Origin: Macrostomum lignano
Taxonomy: Eukaryota
Length of the DNA stretch: 64,000 bases
Reading direction: 5' to 3'
NCBI GenBank assembly: GCA_002269645.1
Contig: NIVC01000138.1
Span: forward strand, 146,442-210,441
This document shows, piece after piece, positions 1 to 23,885 of this stretch. A model generated the notes under the pieces. The model worked only from the letters and a program-made list of their open reading frames with translations, did no database searches and was not told the origin of the DNA. Each line of letters opens with the position of its first letter. The stretch's first letter is position 1. A program made the translations under genes and the position numbers.

Positions 1-245
1 GAACTAAGTCACAATTAGGAGGAACTAAGTCGCAATCAGGAGGAACTAAGTTGCAATTAAGAGGAACTAAGTCACAATCGGGAGAAACTAAGTCGCAATT
101 GGGAAGAACTAAGTCACAATTAGGAGGAACTAAGTCGCAATCAGGAGGAACTAAGTTGCAATCGAGAGGAACTAAGTCACAATTGGGAGGAACTAAGTCA
201 TAATCAGGAGGAACTAAGTTGCAATTGGGAGGAACTAAGGTGCAA
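1..245. repeat. 21-bp tandem repeat (GAACTAAGTCRCAATYRGGAG), truncated by window start
   Basis: About 11 visible copies of GAACTAAGT(C/T)(A/G)CAAT at 21-bp spacing. Confidence 0.9.
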
Positions 246-249
246 TCGC

Positions 250-650
250 GAGATTTTTTGCCTGTCTTCTACGTGTTGCAGTAGTGTATCTAAGTGTTCT
301 ATATATGGCAAATTTTCGAAGGCATGATACATAGAAGGCTTCAATTTGTGTGCAGCACAATTGTGCTAGAAGAAATTGTTTCTTGCCCATAATTTTAGTA
401 AACTTGTAAGTCCAACTTGACTTCCTGTCATCACAGATTCTTTATCTGTTGTAACGTCCCAGTCTTGCAAAACAACTGTCACAATACTATCTTGGGTAAA
501 TAAATCTTTTAGCATATCATGCTTTGTCTTGTTTCTGTGACTGGCAGTTGCTTAAATCTATAGAAGTACATTATTGGTTTGTTTTTCTCAAGCATCCGGA
601 AATATATCATTAGGTAACTATTTGTAACTGTATAACTATATATCTTTGTC
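250..650 (-). pseudogene. Degenerate hAT-superfamily transposase fragment (ZNF862/C17orf113-like)
   Basis: Minus-strand translation from 455 reads VTTDKESVMTGSQVGLTSLLKLWARNNFF*HNCAAHKLKPSMYHAFENLPYIEHLDTLLQH. This matches the hAT DGASVM and HCxAHxL (CxxH) motifs and has an in-frame stop at 368-366. Motif recognition by eye; no database search. Confidence 0.55.
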
Positions 651-1431
651 TTGGAGGACTCTTACTTCTTTGGCCATCAGTCTTAGTCTCTGAATCTGAG
701 TCCAAATGAATAGCTGTATGTGATTGTTGGATCCACGCTTCAGTATCAGCATTAGTTGATGGGCAAGATTCTATAGCAATAGATTCAGCATGAGCATTGT
801 GCCATTGTGGTCCCAGCAAGTAGGTCACTGATTTTTCGCGCTATTCTATTTTTTGCACCTAGCTTAAAGTCACGTGGCATGCAGAACCTTGAAAAGGGTG
901 TACTGTAATTTTTAGGTACAAATTTGTGCCCCACTGGGACCACTGGCCATTGTATAAATTCTGTTTCAAGACATCTAGTTTCTTCATTCATTTCCAAAAC
1001 AGCTTCTCTTTCAGCTAAAATTATTTGAGAAGAGCAATATGCGTGGGTTGTTGCATCTCCACCACAAATCTCAATTTTTTCATTCTGCATAGATAGATCT
1101 CTATTAGAAGCAACAACCTCTGGATTTTGTGCTGCCATTAACAGTCCCTCTGTGTGAGCTTGCTGAACATTAAGATGGTGAGTGCTTCTAGTTCTCTTGA
1201 ATGTGCTGCAGCTGCATCATCACCTAATCCCTAAGCTGCATCTAAGATTGCTAGTAAATTTTATTTTAATATCCAATATGCACCAGAACAATCATTCACT
1301 TCTAGAGTTACACAACCAAGTTTCCATCATGTAAAGAGCAATGGCTTTTGCTCTTCAGCTGCAGAAAGAGGGCACTGGTTGATAGAATAGTCTTCGTGGC
1401 CTTTTTCATCCCATTCACAGGCAGAATTCAA

Positions 1432-2746
1432 TATATGAGGGCTGAGCAATAAGTTTCTGGGTGTGTATAGTTAAGAGGCGGCTAACAAAATCTGACACAA
1501 TAGGTGTCAAGTACATTATATAAGTACAATGTTTGCATAGTTTCAAACACACTGGTCATATATAGCTAGTGCAGCATCCAAACCAAGCTAGCATAGCCAC
1601 TCTATCTATCAAATTCATAATGGAGCTCAATAGAAGTCATTTTAGAACAATGATTTATTACAATTTCAATAGTAGGTTTGTGGCAGCAAGAAAGTCTTGA
1701 GCAATTGCAAGGAGCTTTTGGGGATGAAGAACCTTCTAGATCTACCATTTTTTACTTTTTTTACCAAATTTCAATGCAGCAAGCAGTCTGGATGATGAGG
1801 AGCGCAGCGGCTAGTCTGTCTTTGCAACGACCAAGGATAATGTTGCTGCTGTCTAGGCCATGGTTGAGGATGATGCCCGAGTGACTGTGGCCTAAATAGA
1901 GGCAAAGGTGGATATCTCATCAGGATCCATCAGGATGATCCTGCATTCACAGCTCAACCTAAGCAAGATTTCTGCATGCTAGGTGCCTTATTAGCTGACT
2001 CCAGAGCAGAAGGCTCAGGTGACCTGGTGCTGCACTATGCTTGACAGATTCAATGGAGGCAACTCAAACTCAGTCTAGGATATCATCAGTGGACAGGTCC
2101 TAGATCTATAGTTTCAACCCGGAGACTAAGCAACAGTTGGCCCAATGGAGTCCAATTAGTGGCACCCTACTATACAAGCTTTGGTGAGAGTGCAGCGTGG
2201 CGAAGTAGATAGTGGCTGTTTTTGTGGCGAAAACTGGTCATCTGGCCACAGTTCCACTTGTGCAGCAGTGCACAGTCACCGGTGACTAGTATGCCAATGT
2301 TTGCCTGCCAGAAGTGCTGAGCATTCTCTCCAGGCATTGCCTAAAGACTCAAGCTCAAGGCATCCTTCTCTATCACAACAATGCCCTGGATGACAAGGCT
2401 CGACAGGTGGCAGAGTTCCTGGCCAGAGAGTACATTCAAGAGCTTGGTCATCCACCCTACAGCCCTGACCTGGCCCTTTGCAACTTTTGTGTATTTCTAC
2501 AAATCAAGCACAAGATGTGTGGAATCTGCTATGAATCACCAAAAGCTACAGTGGAGGCCTTCATCTGGCATGTAGAGGAGGTGCCTACTTTAGATTGGTC
2601 CAGCTGCTTCAGCAAAGGGTTAAAGGCATGAAAATTTGCATTGAATCTGTCTGCTAGAGAGTACTTTGAAAAGATGTAACTGCTTTTTTCTTTCTAACTA
2701 TTTCTATCTAGGCACATCTGGAAACTTACTGCTTAGCTCTCATATA
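1432..2746 (+). mobile_element. Full-length but inactivated mariner (Tc1/mariner) DNA transposon, about 1.3 kb
   Basis: Imperfect TIRs: TATATGAGGGCTGAGCAATAAGTTTCTGGGTGTG (from 1432) versus the reverse complement of 2713-2746, with TA at both ends. Transposase motifs in broken frames: GAFGDEEPSRSTIF, AC*VPY*LTPEQK (WVPHxL), IYSFNPETKQQLAQW, HNNA (HDNA), HPPYSPDLALCNF (YSPDLAPxDF). Multiple stops and frameshifts. Confidence 0.9.
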
Positions 2747-2872
2747 GTCAGGTGCAAGTCTATCTTTAAGTAAAGTATATAATGACTCAAAGAATACATA
2801 CATATATACATACATATAAAGAATACATATGTATATCATATATACATGTATATGAGTGCACAAGTATACGTA

Positions 2873-3687
2873 TAGGGGTCGGACGAGATCTCGATCTTGA
2901 TCTTGAGATCCAAGATCTCGGGGTTTTCTTAAATCTCAATCTTGACTTCACAATCTCGAAAAAAAATGTCGAGATTCAAGATAAAAATTAAATGTTCAAA
3001 AAAACATTTCAATCTATAAGAAGCATGCAGCATCATATCATAGAGCCTGATGGTGTCAATGTCAATATTTTGTTTAAATTTTGCATGTGTATAGTTTAGT
3101 TATGTATGTATAGTTTATATATAGCTGGCATATAGATGCCAATGGTCATGGCTTGCATTAGAGAATTCGCGCTGTTTTGAACAATATATTTACTATTTTC
3201 AATTTATTTGTAATGTAATACATTTCTCCTTCAAACAATTATTATTCCAACAATTCATCGGCTACTTGAAGTTGGCGTCCAAGATCAACACTCAACATGT
3301 GACATTGATAGTTTCTTTAGTCTCACTAGTTTGTCAGTTAGGTACCTTGTATCCGCATGGGAGGGAATATTTAATGTGTGATCTGGTTATTTCAATGAGT
3401 TTTATTTTTGTTTGCTAATGATGGTTAGCAATACTGTTTTTCTGGGTTGGCAAAATTTTATTTAACATTTTGAATTCTATGCCTTCGGAGACAGTTCTTG
3501 GGATCCTGGGAGCTTGTCTAATAGACCTACCGCTAGTAGTGGATTTAGAGGATTTACTTTATTTCACATATTAAATATTTTTTGTTGTTACACTATATGT
3601 CTCAAATCTCGATCGAATCTCAAATATCTCGAAGAGGCCAATCTCAAATCTCAAAAATCTCAAAAATTCAATATTGTCCGACCCCTA
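2873..3687. mobile_element. hAT-type non-autonomous element (MITE), 815 bp
   Basis: Terminal inverted repeats TAGGGGTCGGAC / GTCCGACCCCTA. The 8-bp flanks TATACGTA (2865-2872) and TATACCTA (3688-3695) match 7/8, as expected for a hAT TSD. Subterminal GAGAT/ATCTC clusters at both ends. Confidence 0.8.
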
Positions 3688-5054
3688 TATACCTATAAAA
3701 GTTAGTTTACTAGAAATATACAGTACAGTATATAGAGTGTAGCCTATAGGGTACAGGCTATAGTGCAGTTTAGTACTGCAGTCTGCAATGCTACATAAGT
3801 GAATAAGTGAATGATAAATTGGTAAAGAGAGTAAGGGCAAGAGAAAAGGAATAGAAATGAGATAATTAGGTACTTCCATTTTTTAATAAGCCTAAGCACA
3901 CATGAGGCATGCTACCCCCCTGGTCATTCAGTATGGTGGTACATAGGTAAGTCGCAAATCTAGACAAAACTAAGTTGCACCGCACAGGTGAAATTTTGAG
4001 GTTAGGCATGTATGTATATAAAACTAATATTATTGTCTAGAGTCTAGACCTTGGCAGTCCTAGGCTTAAGCTAAATGTTTAGCTAAGGTTGATAACAAGA
4101 ATCCTTAGGCTAAGCTAAAACCCTTAGATTTAGAATTTACCATCGCATCAATAAATTAAACTAGGCCTAAACTGAATAACAAACTGAATATTGAATTATC
4201 TATAGGCCCTATATATATATAAATCATAGCCTTTTTATTTTAATCCTATATATATATATATATCCTATCCTAGGCCTAATTAAAATTAAAGGCTAAAAAA
4301 GTAACTAGTGAATTTTATTAAACTTAGTCTACACAGTGGCAGCGCCAGCAGTGAGCAGCTGTGTCATTAATATTAACTTAGTTCACACTTAAAGACATGT
4401 AGGGTGCCCGTGTACCTAATATAGAATCCATTCGACACTGGAGACGGCAGCGGTCTCTTTATTGCCAAAATTAAAAGCAACGGTACCATGTGTGCTTACA
4501 CGGCGGACGTGCCTACTTTCTACCTATAACTATAAGCTCCAACATTATAGACACGGCCGCCGTTTACTAACTAGGGGGGCTAACTATCTACATCCATAAA
4601 GTTAGTAGTTACACCTGCCCGTTGCAAATTCCTGGCAGGCAACAGTAAGTCTGTAAGACTTTCATGTGATAGATGCATGAGACGGACGGATAGATAAAAC
4701 AGAACGAACGAACGAACGTTCTGTTCAGTCAGTCGATTTTGATAATTCGCCAGACGTTAACATTCAAAAAATATTTTTTTTATATGGAATAACAAAATAT
4801 GTCAATAGCAACGTCTATACTGCTTTGTTTTGTAAAGAAAATATTTTTTTAGCAAAAATATTTTTTTATTTACCTGAAAAAGCAATATAAAGTTTGATTT
4901 AAAATGTTGTTTACCTAGACGCTGTGTGAGATTTAGTATTCAATTTACCACCGAATTTTCAACAAAGTTTTCTGAATATACAAAATTTTGCAGCATTAGT
5001 ATTTGGTCTGCAGTCTGCAAATTGCTTTCTTCTTGAGAATTCTAGCCAGAAAGA

Positions 5055-16187
<11,133 letters not shown>

Positions 16188-17344
16188 GCGCCTTCCCAGC
16201 TGCAGACAGGACGTGCATGTAGAATGTTTTTAGAGGCCCGTTTCCTGGAAAATGGAACTTAAAAAATTGACACGATTTTTAAGTTTTATATATTAAGGAT
16301 TAATTGTGTTCACGATTTCTTACAACTTATCTTTTCCAAACATTCGTCCCTAAAACAAGAAGGATCCATATAGTTTGGATGTCTTTTTTTCTACCTATTT
16401 TTGTTTTAAAACTTAACGCAACAGTCCCCTAAAAAGCTTCTGCGCTGCTAGAGACCAGATTTTGTTTCGCTTTTTTTGGTGGGTTACATTTGGTATTATT
16501 TTGAGAATCCTGATTTTCACGACAGCCAAAAAAGTGTAGATAAGAATGCCCTTACAAGCATAGGCAATGTGGTTGAGTTGGTCCTTAGCCAAACGGGATG
16601 ACTTACGTCAAGGGCAGGGTTATCTTCAGTGAGGGAATTCCCCGCTACCGAAGCAGCCAATCAGCTTTTGACGGCCTTGAAGGGAACTCTCTTTTTTGGG
16701 GGGGTTGGGGGTTACAGTGTACACGCGTAGATGAAGTATAATCTACAAGGCCTAGGAGTTGTGACGCATCCTTCGCGGGCATGTGTAATGCTCAGTGATT
16801 AACGGGGTCTGACAAATCCATAATTATATATCTTATATCATTATTATATGAGTTGTGACGATAAAAGATCAATATTGTATATCAACATTCAAGTAAACTT
16901 TGATTTGTTTTACCTGTAAATGCATGTTTGACTATTAAAAAAACACAATAAATTAAGACTTCTTTCTCATGAAAGCTCAACCGGATGCTCCTCTTATGCT
17001 GAGCCTTATCCGAACTTTAAACAGGATGTTCACTAGAGAAATCGAATCTCTGGTCTTTTTTAACTATCTAATAATTTCGCAATTTCTTTATTACTTAATA
17101 GAAATGAAAATACACAGTTCGAATAGGGGAGTCGCATTTTCAATTCTGGAATTTATACGGTATAGATTTCTTTCGGATATAAATGCACGCGGTACGAAAT
17201 GCTTTGGCGACTTCTCCAATGCTGACCCATTCAATTCTGTATTTGAGTCACATTTGCATTTGTGACACTTGCTCGATCAAATTGCTAATCAATGTAAGTT
17301 TTTGCTGTGTTTCTTTCGGGATCTTTTAATTAGAAATTGTTTGC

Positions 17345-17815
17345 CAATTAGAATCCTCAGAATCCGCCCCTTCCTGCTTCTTCCTCAGACTCTGCCCCAT
17401 CCTCAGAATCCGCCCCTTCCTCAGAATCCGTCCTTTCTCAGAATCCGCCCCTTCTCCAGAATCCGCCCCTTCCTGAGACTCCGCCCCTTCCTGAGACTCC
17501 GCCCCTTCCTGAGACTCCGCCCCTTCCTCAGACTCCACCCTTCCTCAGACTCCACCCTTCCTCAGACTCCACCCCCTCCTCAGACTCCACCCCCTCCTCA
17601 GACTCCACCCCCTCCTTAGAATCAACCGTTCCACAGAATCCTCTTCTTACTCAGAATCCGCCCGTGAGGATCCACTCCTATTCAAGAATCCGCCCATTTC
17701 TCTGAACCCGCTCCTCTTCAGAATCCGCCCCTTCCTCAGAATCCTCCCCGTTTTCAGAATCCGCCCCTAATTTAAATCCCACCTTAATCAGAATCCACCC
17801 CTCTTCCGAATCCGG
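17345..17815. repeat. 18-bp degenerate minisatellite (CAGAATCCGCCCCTTCCT)
   Basis: Repeated CAGA(A/C)TCC(G/A)CCC units. Confidence 0.85.
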
Positions 17816-18880
17816 CGCGCCCTTCACCCGTTGCCACGAATTCAAACACAACAAGCATGAAAGACAAAGAAAGCAAGAGCCAGGAAGATTCTCCCCATAC
17901 AAACAAACGACCAGCGATTGCACGCGACGACCCGCCAGGAACCAATCAAAGCCTGACCCAAATTAATATTGTTTTTCGCTTTTAACGTCAAACCCAAACA
18001 ACGTCTCAAATCATCGGTAAACAAGCATCGAAGGAGGAAATTTTGCGATTTTGCATAAATTGTAATCCGAAACTTTGCTCAAAAGACAACGTACAGCAGC
18101 GAGAAGCAACCGGCCCCCTCATCTATCATAATTATCTATTCCTACCTGCATAAAAATCGCCTTTGAAATAGGAACTATCGAATTTTCTGGGTTCTTTTAG
18201 GGGAGGAGGGCCGGTGGGGCTAATGCTAAAGGTTGTTGTTGGGGCAAAAAAACATGCGACTGCAAATGAATTGTGTGCGCAATTCTGTGTGAATAAATGC
18301 AGACAGACTAGAGCTCTCGCTCTCCGCTGCTAAGGTCCATAAGACTGGAACGCAGATATCAAAAACACGGAATAAGGGCCCGCTAAATACATCTCTTCTT
18401 CACTGCTTCGTCCGCGCAGGTAAGGACGAGTGAGAAGCGGCTTAGTCAGTCAATTGAGAATGGAAGTTCGTTGAAATACAGACCTATTTACATCCTTATA
18501 ATTCTGCATCTACCCGACAACCACCCCAACCCACCCCACCCCTTTGACAAACAGAACTTCGTCGGGGTTTCGCGCAGTTTCTAAAAATAGAACGCAATTT
18601 CGAAATTCGCAACGCACACAAGTTCTATCCTAGCGCGCAAGACGAAATTGAGTCAGTGAGCTAAAAATAGATTAGCCAAACTTCGGGCTCTTGGCCCCCT
18701 TGCTAGGGCTGCACCAGCCAACAAGATCTGGAGGAGGATGAGACGGCTGTTCAGAGGGCCCGGCCCATGCCTATTTAAACTGGGAGCGCCAAGAATCGCA
18801 GGCAGCCCCGAAAAACATCCTCGTGTGTTTGTAAAAGTTACACATCAGAAATAAATTAGAATAGGAAAATATAACGCAAA

Positions 18881-19422
18881 ATGCCAATCCTGTCATATCC
18901 CGCGGGCTCGCAGCCTCTGATCTGCAGTATCCCGCCGCATCAGCCAGCCTCCTGGTACCAGAGGCAGCAGCAGCAGCAGCCGCTTCCGCCAGATCTAGCT
19001 GTCTATTACCATCAGGCCGGCTATTGCCAGGGTGCCACCCAGCTCAGCCCGCCTCAACAGCAGCAGCAGCAGTTCGCTAACAGGCCATACGATCTCGGCT
19101 ACGAGAGCGACACGAAAGAGCAACAGCAGCAGCAGCACCTTCTGCAGCAGCAGCAGAATCCGCCATACCTGTACCCGCATCCGGGTCAGCAGCCGCAGGC
19201 GCATCTCCTGCCTCCGGCCGGCGTTGCCGGAGTTGTCGCCGCGCCTCCGCCGTCGACTCCGCTAACAAAGCCGGCAGTGGTCAGTCCGGGCGGTTCGACC
19301 TGCGATTCGGCCAGAGCCGAGTCCCCAGCTGATGCTCAACTGGCCGAGGTGGCCAGCGACCTCGAGGGCTTCAGCCTCGCCGCCGGCGGACACCGGCCAG
19401 TCGATATGGCGCTGAGCCAAAC
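18881..19422 (+). CDS. zf-3CxxC gene coding exon 1 (low complexity, polyQ)
   Basis: ORF 18881-19426; donor AC|GTGAGC, phase compatible with the next exon. Confidence 0.75.
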
Positions 19423-20571
19423 GTGAGCGCTGACAGAATTTGAAATTGAAATTTTGATCTTTCTTAACCAACGACTTCCTCTGTGGGCCGCTGCCTCCTC
19501 CAAGGTCCTCCCTCTGTGGGTCATTGTGTCCTGGTCCTCCCTCTGTAGGTCTTAACTACCCTGTTAGTCAATTGAAGAGAGATGGTCAAACACATGGGTC
19601 AGGCATCTCATTTATCAACGCTGCCATCCCCGCACTCCAGGATGGAGGTCGTGTGGCACCAGAGATTCGACCATTTCTTCAGCCGGTTTCCCCGGGACAC
19701 CTGGCACCTGACGCCTGTGTTCGACCAGCCTGACCTGCACAACACGGGCATCGCGAAGGCGCACTGGCGCTACTTCAAGGATCAGGCCAAAGTGCGGTTC
19801 ATCTGCACGGTGAGAATCTGGTAGCTTTGGTCCTTTGGTTGGGTTATGGTTGGGTCACATTACTCGATGGTTGGGTCACATTACTCGATGGTTGGGTCAC
19901 ATTACTCGATGGTTGGGTCACATTACTCAATGGTTGGGTCACATTACTCGATGGTTGGGTCACATTACTCGATGGTTGGGTCACACTTGCGTCATTACTC
20001 GAAATGGTTGGGTCACACTTACTTGCGTCATTACTCGAAATGGTTGGGTCACACTTGCGTCATTACTCGAAATGGTTGGGTCACACTTGCGTCATTACTC
20101 GAGATGGTTGGGTCACACTTGCGCCATTACTCGAGATGGTTGGGTCATACTGCGCCATTACTCGAGATGGTTGGGTCATACTGCGCCATTACCATTTTGC
20201 ACATACAGAGCTGCCAGAAGGCGTGGACCAGCATGGGGGGCCAGGTGATATTCTGGATCTATCGGGACCCGACTCGCAACGCTGGCTACGTGAGCTTCAA
20301 GCTCTACGGCCAGAAGTGCTCCGACTGCTGCCCGGAATACTACGAGCACGCCATCTGGTACCAGGAGGAGGTGGAGAAGGTGGTTGAGAATCTGTTCCAG
20401 CACGTCGGCCAGCTGTACTATGGCTACCAGCCGCAGCGCCGTCGAGTTGACAGACGAGCCGGGCAGCCCAGGAAAGAGCACAGCACGGCTACATGCCAGG
20501 CCTGCCAAGAGAACGTCTGCCGCATGGGCCAGGTGTTGCGCAAGAAGATGCGTACAGAATTGGCGGCTTGA
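18881..20571 (+). CDS. 3CxxC-type zinc-binding protein (RTP/ZAR1-related zf-3CxxC domain) with Gln/Pro-rich N-terminus; join(18881..19422,19641..19809,20209..20571), about 357 aa
   Basis: GT-AG junctions keep the frame (1074 nt). Spliced product has AKVRFICTSCQKAWTS, FKLYGQKCSDC, WYQEEVEKVVENL and PRKEHSTATCQAC: three CxxC pairs plus His, the zf-3CxxC signature. Confidence 0.88.
19641..19809 (+). CDS. zf-3CxxC gene coding exon 2
   Basis: CTCCAG|G ATG...ACG|GTGAGA, MEVVWHQRFDHFF...WRYFKDQAKVRFICT. Confidence 0.88.
19847..20190. repeat. 21-bp then 32-bp minisatellite (ATGGTTGGGTCAC...CATTACTCG), zf-3CxxC intron 2
   Basis: About six 21-bp units followed by 32-bp expanded units with the same core. 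Confidence 0.92.
20209..20571 (+). CDS. zf-3CxxC gene coding exon 3 (last)
   Basis: ATACAG|AGC TGC, SCQKAWTS...CSDC...H...CQAC, TGA at 20569-20571. Confidence 0.9.
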   Translation, partial: SCQKAWTSMGGQVIFWIYRDPTRNAGYVSFKLYGQKCSDCCPEYYEHAIWYQEEVEKVVENLFQHVGQLYYGYQPQRRRVDRRAGQPRKEHSTATCQACQENVCRMGQVLRKKMRTELAA

Positions 20572-21498
20572 AGCAGAACGTTTTTTTATCGATTGGTTAA
20601 TTAAGCTGCTATTCTTAATTGCGGCCCGATATGCATACATGGATTTCATCCTGATAAAATCGGTCCTGATCCTGATAAAAAATGATAAAAATTAGCAATA
20701 ATTTGAATTGGCGCCAACAAAAGACTTCTGTCGTGCGCGCGCGCGAATTCAAATTTTTGAATCAACTGAGAAAAACTAACCTGCATATCCGTTACAGACT
20801 GCAGCGTTTTTGTCGCGACTGAAGGCCAACCTTTCCTATCATTTTTCGATACATTGCTCTCCCCCAATTCGTGTCTCCGTCTGCCTACTCGTCAGTAGAA
20901 ATTCATGAATATTGTGCGATTATTTTACGTTGTTTATAAAAAATACTACTTATCGTTGAGTTCCAACTCTTGCTGTGTTAACCGCCAACTAGTTCGTAAA
21001 TAGTTTTTTTTCTGTTGCCCGTCTTTACTTTGTTTATCTCTCCTACCAGCTGGTTATGCGATAGTTTAATATTAATATATAATTATAAATTGTTCTCTGT
21101 AATTGATGTTACAATCCATAGCGCGTGACATTCATTCCCTCATTAGAATTTTTGTTCTTTTGTTACACTCAATAATGTGTCTATATCTATATACTTGTGT
21201 CTATTTGACTTGCAACATATGATTATCATTACTATTAATCTGTCGTAATTCAATATTGATTATTAATATTTCCATTACAAAGCATATAGACATGTATATA
21301 AGCATGTAGCCATTCATTGACATTGTGCGATCTCTGTAGGAAAATGTTTTACCGCATCTAAAAATAAAATAAATAAATAAAAATATCACACAGTTGCATT
21401 AATGCGCTCTTTGTAAAATTCTTAGCTTTGAAATCAATTGGTTCGATTGGCCTCGAAACCCGTTTTTTATACATTCGGTTCTGATTATGAATGAATTA

Positions 21499-21838
21499 GA
21501 TTGCAGTAGGGATCTGACTGGATTGCAGTAGGGATCTGACTGGATTGCAGTAGGGATCTGACTGAATTAGATTGCACTAGGGATCTGACTGGATTGCAGT
21601 AGGGATCTGACTGGATTGCAGTAGGGATCTGACTGGATTGCAGTAGGGATCTGACTGGATTGCAGTAGGGATCTGACTGGATTGCAGTAGGGATCTGACT
21701 GGATTGCAGTAGGGATATGACTGGATTGCAGTAGGGATCTGACTGGATTGCAGTAGGGATATGACTGGATTGCAGTAGGGATATGACTGGATTGCAGCAG
21801 AGATCTGACTGGATTGCAGCAGAGATCTGACTAGATTG
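21499..21838. repeat. 22-bp minisatellite (TTGCAGTAGGGATCTGACTGGA) x about 15
   Basis: Direct tandem copies. Confidence 0.95.
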
Positions 21839-22734
21839 CTATAACCATAACAATAAGTTGTTCCTTAACTACTCATAGTAGTCACAAAAGTCTCGCTTTG
21901 ATTACCGATTTGTTGAACAATTTTTCTCTAATTTTTAGTATAGTTTAACGGTTTACGGCCAGCAAGCGGTTGGTGATACTTGTATATATTTTGAAGTCAA
22001 ATTATCTGCAGTAAACCATTGAACTGAGTGATTTTATTTCTTAAACTTAAGTGCGCAGAAAACTCTGTTTAAGAAAATTGCGCTTTAGAAATCTTCTATA
22101 CCTTTAAAATGAAAACTATGTGTTTCTGTGTACAATTTACTTCGCTATGGACTCCCAAACCGCTCAACCAAGTGTTGCACCCACCCTAAACTCACTACAG
22201 GCTACCTTAAAATTTCATAAATTTAAGTCTTCCTACATACTAAAATTCTTACCTAAAAGTGCAAAAAAACTGCTCAAAATGCGCGATTTATTCACTTAAC
22301 CTTCCATAGCGCCGCTCCAGTTTTTCCAATCCTACTCAACTATGACACAATCGTGTAAAATTTCGAGTCAGAAAGTTAATTCTGAACGGCGCTGTGCACT
22401 TTTAAAGTTAGTCTCTGCGTTTTGTCTGCGAGACAGCCACCCCAACCTCCGCCTCTCTTACTTTCCTTTATTTGGCGAGATGTGGAAAAGAAGTTTTAAA
22501 ATTGACTAACTTTCGGCTGCCATAAGTTTGCTCCAGGTAAAGCGATTGACTTCAAACTTAACACAATTTTTTATTCACTTATTATCTGTCTAATTATAAA
22601 GTTTCAACTCTGTAACTCAATCAGAACGGAAACTGTAGGCATGTAAAGTTTGTCTGATTTTTCTGGTCGGAAGACTTTTACCTCAAAGGCCAGATAAAGA
22701 ATCCAGCTCACGGCTGCTGGTCAGATGAGAGTGA

Positions 22735-23385
22735 AAAAGAGAGAGAATAGACAATTATAAAAAGGGAGGAGAGGCGAGATAGGGGATGAGAGAAAGGATA
22801 GAAGATAAGTGGAGAGACGAGGTAAGGAGAGAGAGAAGGGAGAAGACAGGAGAGAAGAGGGGAGGGAGAAGTGAGAGGAGAGGGAAGATAAGAAGGGAGA
22901 GAGAGAAAGAGGGCCAGAGAAGCGAGAGGAGAGAGTAGAGGTGAGAAGACTGAGGGAGAATCGAGAGGAGAGAGTAGAGATGAGCGAACGTTGTGGAGAG
23001 AGAAGAGATAAGACAGGAGAGAGGAGAGATGAAAGAGGAGAGATTAGAAAGGAGAGATGAGACAGTAAAGGGAAGAATGAGAGAGAACAGAGAAGAGATA
23101 AGATGAGAGAGATGAGACAGATGAAAGGAGAGATGATAGGGAGAGAGTATAGATGAGAGAAGAGAGGAGAGGAGAAAGGAAAGAGACGCGTCAGAAGAGG
23201 GGGAGAAAAGAGTACAGAGGAGATAGGTGAGAGAACAGATAAAAGAGTAAAAATGACAAAAGAGAGAGGGGGGAGATTTGAGAGCAGAGAAGAAAGTGAA
23301 GAGACGAGAGATGAGAAGAGAGGAGAGGTGAGATAAAAAGAGGAAGGATAAGAGAGGAGAGAGGAGAGAGGAGAGAGAAGACGTA
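22735..23385. repeat. GA-rich low-complexity purine tract
   Basis: Almost purely A/G on the + strand. Confidence 0.9.
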
Positions 23386-23885
23386 TCCAAGGCCGTTTCC
23401 AAGGCCGTATCCAAGGCCGTATTTAATACACAAAAGTTACCATAATCCGTGTTGAGAAGAAGACGCTTGTTGACCACTCAAAGGCATCATACAGTACAGG
23501 CACTGTAGCTCAACACAGATTAATCACCTGCAAAAGTCCTGCCTTGTCCTCGGTACCAAATTACCTGACCTGGTCTCCAGCCTCTCATTACACTGTGTAT
23601 AACAGATCAGATTTCGCATCCGAAACTGGAAACCCCAATTCAAAAGACAGATTTTTTAGGATTAACGGGGGCCAAATCATGTCAGTGGTAAATGACCCAA
23701 ATTTGATTGGTTATTTGATTTTGCGTTGTCTTCTGAAATTACAAGGCGATGCCTGACGATATGAAAGTCAGGACAGCTGTACACCCGGTGAGAGCGTGTG
23801 TATTGCAGGATGCGGGTTGACCGGAAGTCCCCCACTCCCATCAAGTGCTGCTAGAACCAATTTGAGTTTTAGCCACATGCAAGTA

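Noticed and set aside
610-1138. ORFs 610-828 and 785-1138 as an independent gene
   Set aside because: No recognisable domain or splice structure; more likely decayed upstream parts of the hAT transposase fossil.
4430-4580. Spliced-leader RNA gene or Helitron 3' end (short hairpins, CGGTCTCTT, CTAG)
   Set aside because: No full leader, donor or Sm site, and the CTAG is not followed by the expected T; the hairpins are too short to support a call.
21950-22680. Possible non-autonomous DNA transposon (MITE-like sequence style)
   Set aside because: Could not identify TIRs or a TSD by eye.
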